A stretch of 64,000 bases of DNA from the human T2T-CHM13v2.0 reference genome, Homo sapiens: the NCBI RefSeq assembly GCF_009914755.1, contig NC_060925.1, one strand, 5' to 3'. The notes below the pieces were generated by a model, which saw only the letters and a list, made by a program, of their open reading frames with translations, ran no database searches and had not been told where the DNA came from. Shown piece by piece: positions 61,208-64,000 of this stretch. Position numbers and translations under genes: made by a program. The first letter of the stretch is position 1; each line of letters starts with the position of its first letter.

Positions 61208-64000
61208 GAATTCTCAGTAACTTCCTTGTGTTGTGTGTATTCAACTCACAGAGTTGAATGATCCTTTACACAGAGCAGACTTGAAACACTCTTTTTGTGG
61301 AATTTGCAAGTGGAGATTTCAGCCGCTTTGAGGTCAATGGTAGAAAAGGAAACTATCTTCATATAAAGACTAGACAGAATGATTCTCAGAAAATCTTTTG
61401 TGATGTGTGCGTTCAACTCACAGAGTTTAACTTTTCTTCTCATAGAGCAGTTAGGAAACACTCTGTTTGTAAAGTCTGCAAGTGGATATTCAGACCTCTT
61501 TGAGGCCTTCGTTGGAAACGGGATTTCTTCATATTATGCTAGACAGAATAATTCTCAGTAACTTCCTTGTGTTGTGTGTATTCAACTCACAGAGTTGAAG
61601 GATCCTTTACAGAGAGCAGGCTTGAAACACTCTTTTTGTCGAATTTGCAAGTGGAGATTTCAGCCGCTTTGAGGTCAATGGTAGAATAGGAAATATCTTC
61701 TTATAGAAACTAGACAGAATGATTCTCATAAACTCCTTTGTGATGTGTGCGTTCAACTCACAGAGTTTAACCTTTCTTTTCATAGAGCAGTTAGGAAACA
61801 CTCTGTTTGTAAAGTCTGCAAGTGGATATTCAGACCTCCTTGAGGCCTTCGTTGGAAACGGGATTTCTTCATATTCTGCTAGACAGAAGAATTCTCAGTA
61901 ACTTCCTTGTGTTGTGTGTATTCAACTCACAGAGTTGAATGATCCTCTACACAGAGCAGACTTGAAACACTCTTTTTGTGGAATTTGCAAGTGGAGAATT
62001 CAGCCGCTTTGAAGTCAATGGTAGAAAAGTAAATATCTTCGTATAAAGACTAGACAGAATGATTCTCAGAAACTCCTTTGTGATGTGTGCGTTCAACTCA
62101 CAGAGTTTAACCTTTCTGTTCATAGAGCAGTTAGGAAACACTCTGTTTGTAAAGTCTGTAAGTGGATATTCAGACCTCCTTGAGGCCTTCGTTGGAAACG
62201 GGATTTCTTCATATTCTGCTAGACAGAAGAATTCTCAGTAACTTCCTTGTGTTGTGTGTATTCAACTCACAGAGCTGAACGATCCTTTACACAGAGCAGA
62301 CTTGAAACACTCTTTTTGTGGAATTTGCAAGTGGAGATTTCAGCCGCTTTGAGGTCAATGGTAGAAAAGGAAATATCTTCGTATAAAGACTAGACAGAAT
62401 GATTCTCATAAACTCCTTTGTGATGTGTGGGTTCAACTCACAGAGTTTAACTTTTCTTTTCATAGAGCAGTTAGGAAACACTCTGTTTGTAAAGTCTGCA
62501 AGTGGATATTCAGACCTCTTTGAGGCCTTCGTTGGAAACGGGATTTCTTCATATTATGCTAGACAGAATAATTCTCAGTAACTTCCTTGTTTTGTGTGTA
62601 TTCAACTCACAGAGTTGAACGATCCTTTACACAGAGCAGACTTGAAACATTCTTTTTCTGGAATTTGCAAGTGGAGATTTCAGCCGCTTTGAGGTCAATG
62701 GTAGAATAGGAAATATCTTCCTATAGAAACTAGACAGAACGATTCTCAGAAACTCCTTTGTGATGTGTGCGTTCAACTCCCAGAGTTTAACCTTTCTTTT
62801 CATAGAGCAGTTAGGAAACACTCTGTTTGTAAAGTCTGCAAGTGGATATTCAGACCTTTTTGAGGCCTTCGTTGGAAACGGGATTTCTTCCTATTCTGCT
62901 AGACAGAAGAATTCCCAGTAACTTCCTTGTGTTGTGTGCATTCAACTCACAGAGTTGAACGTTCCCTTAGACAGAGCAGATTTGAAACACTCTATTTGTG
63001 AAATTTCCAAGTGTAGATTTCAAGCGCTTTAAGGTCAACGGCAGAAAAGGAAATATCTTCGTTTCAAAACTAGACAGAATAATTCCCACAAACTGCGTTG
63101 TGATGTGTTCGTTCAACTCACAGAGTTTAACCTTTCTGTTCATAGAGCAGTTAGGAAACACTCTGTTTGTAAAGTCTGCAAGTGGATATTCAGACCTCCT
63201 TGAGGCCTTCGTTGGAAACGGGATTTCTTCATATTCTGCTAGACAGAAGAAATCTCAGTAACTTCCTTGTGTTGTGTTTATTCAACTCACAGAGTTGAAT
63301 GATCCTTTACACAGAGCAGACTTGAAACACTCTTTTTGTGGAATTTGCAAGTGGAGATTTCAGCCGCTTTGAGGTCAATGGTAGAAAAGTAAATATCTTC
63401 GTATAAAGACTAGACAGAATGATTCTCAGAAACTCCTTTGTGATGTGTGCGTTCAACTCACAGAGTTTAACCTTTCTGTTCATAGAGCAGTTAGGAAACA
63501 CTCTGTTTGTAAAGTCTGCAAGTGGATATTCAGACCTCCTTGAGGCCTTCGTTGGAAACGGGATTTCTTCATATTCTGCTAGACAGAAGAATTCTCAGTA
63601 ACTTCCTTGTGTTGTGTGTATTCAACTCACAGAGTTGAACGATCCTTTACACAGAGCAGACTTGAAACACTCTTTTTGTGGAATTTGCAAGTGGAGATTT
63701 CAGCCGCTTTGAGGTCAATAGTAGAAAAGGAAATATCTTCGTAGAAAAACTAGACAGAATGATTCTCAGAAACTCCTTTGTGATGTGTGTGTTCAACTCA
63801 CAGAGTTTAACCTTTCTTTTCATAGAGCAGTTAGTAAACACTCTGTTTATAAAGTCTGCAAGTGGATATTCAGACCCCTTTGAGGCCTTCGTTGGAAACG
63901 GGATTTCTTCATATTATGCTAGACAGAAGAATTCTCAGTAACTTCCTTGTGTTGTGTGTATTCAACTGACAGAGTTGAACTTTCATTTAGAGAGAGCAGA
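61208..64000 (+). repeat. Irregular stretch A B C D E (H/B hybrid) C F G (truncated by window end)
   Basis: E at 62627 is followed directly by an H-type monomer (62967), then C and F. Confidence 0.8.

Larger units (their letters stand above)
1..64000 (+). repeat. Centromeric alpha-satellite HOR array, SF1 (J1/J2 ~340-bp dimer), chr1/5/19-type (D1Z7/D5Z2/D19Z3-like)
   Basis: Continuous ~170-bp monomers in alternating A/B types with 340-bp periodicity, also visible as the 340-bp spacing of the ORF track. A CENP-B box sits in every second monomer and an EcoRI site in most dimers. G/H monomer motifs (gctgcgtgatg, ttcagcggtttgg, gaccacttagagg, cccacaaactgcg) match my recollection of the chr1/5/19 HOR. 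The alphoid/SF1 call is near-certain; the family assignment is from memory, not a database search. Confidence 0.97.

Noticed and set aside
112-63941. Hundreds of 60-101 aa ORFs on both strands
   Set aside because: They recur with the 340-bp satellite period, overlap in several frames, often start at GTG/TTG-type codons and resemble no protein family I recognise. They are translations of alpha satellite and served only as dimer-type markers.
1-64000. CRISPR-like array or novel repeat-spacer system
   Set aside because: There are no unique spacers; the whole unit is repeated and no associated genes are present.
1-64000. Transposon (L1/Alu) insertion, inversion or non-alphoid island
   Set aside because: Dimer spacing is accounted for continuously by 340 +/-1, -4 and -29 bp steps. 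CENP-B boxes are always on the + strand, and I saw no poly-A tail or foreign sequence.
1-64000. Assignment to a specific chromosome, or to the active kinetochore (CDR) site
   Set aside because: Chromosomes 1, 5 and 19 share this HOR family, so assignment needs chromosome-specific k-mer comparison. Kinetochore position is epigenetic and cannot be read from sequence.

Overview
The whole 64 kb is one uninterrupted, single-orientation array of primate (human-type) centromeric alpha-satellite DNA. It is suprachromosomal family 1: a ~340-bp dimer of an A-type (pJ-alpha box) monomer and a B-type monomer carrying the CENP-B box CTTCGTTGGAAACGGGA, about 188 dimers in all. From recalled consensus motifs it most resembles the live chr1/5/19 array (D1Z7/D5Z2/D19Z3, S1C1/5/19H1L); I cannot determine which chromosome. 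I see no genes, RNA genes, transposon insertions or inversions, and all listed ORFs are repeat artefacts. Diagnostic SNVs separate eight dimer types, which I label A-H (my labels). A: aaaggaaactatcttcat, 341 bp. B: tgtcgaat/cttat. C: tgtttatt/aaaagtaa. D: mostly tcttcttgtgg. E: aaacattct/cctat. F: caatagtag/ttagtaaac. G: actgacag/gggccaaagg. H: cccttagac/catcttgtgg, 339 bp. These build many higher-order repeat (HOR) variants (16-, 14-, 12-, 10-, 8- and 6-mers). The variants are nested in multi-kb duplications of 8,501, 5,781 and 6,108 bp and a looser ~13-14 kb repeat. The most interesting signals concern array evolution: an expanding haplotype with a CpG-broken CENP-B box linked to a 4-bp deletion, chimeric monomers with crossovers mappable to 11-17 bp, transversion-only mutation clusters, a unique 29-bp deletion, and rising disorder toward the 3' end. 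I found no evidence for a novel gene-encoded system.
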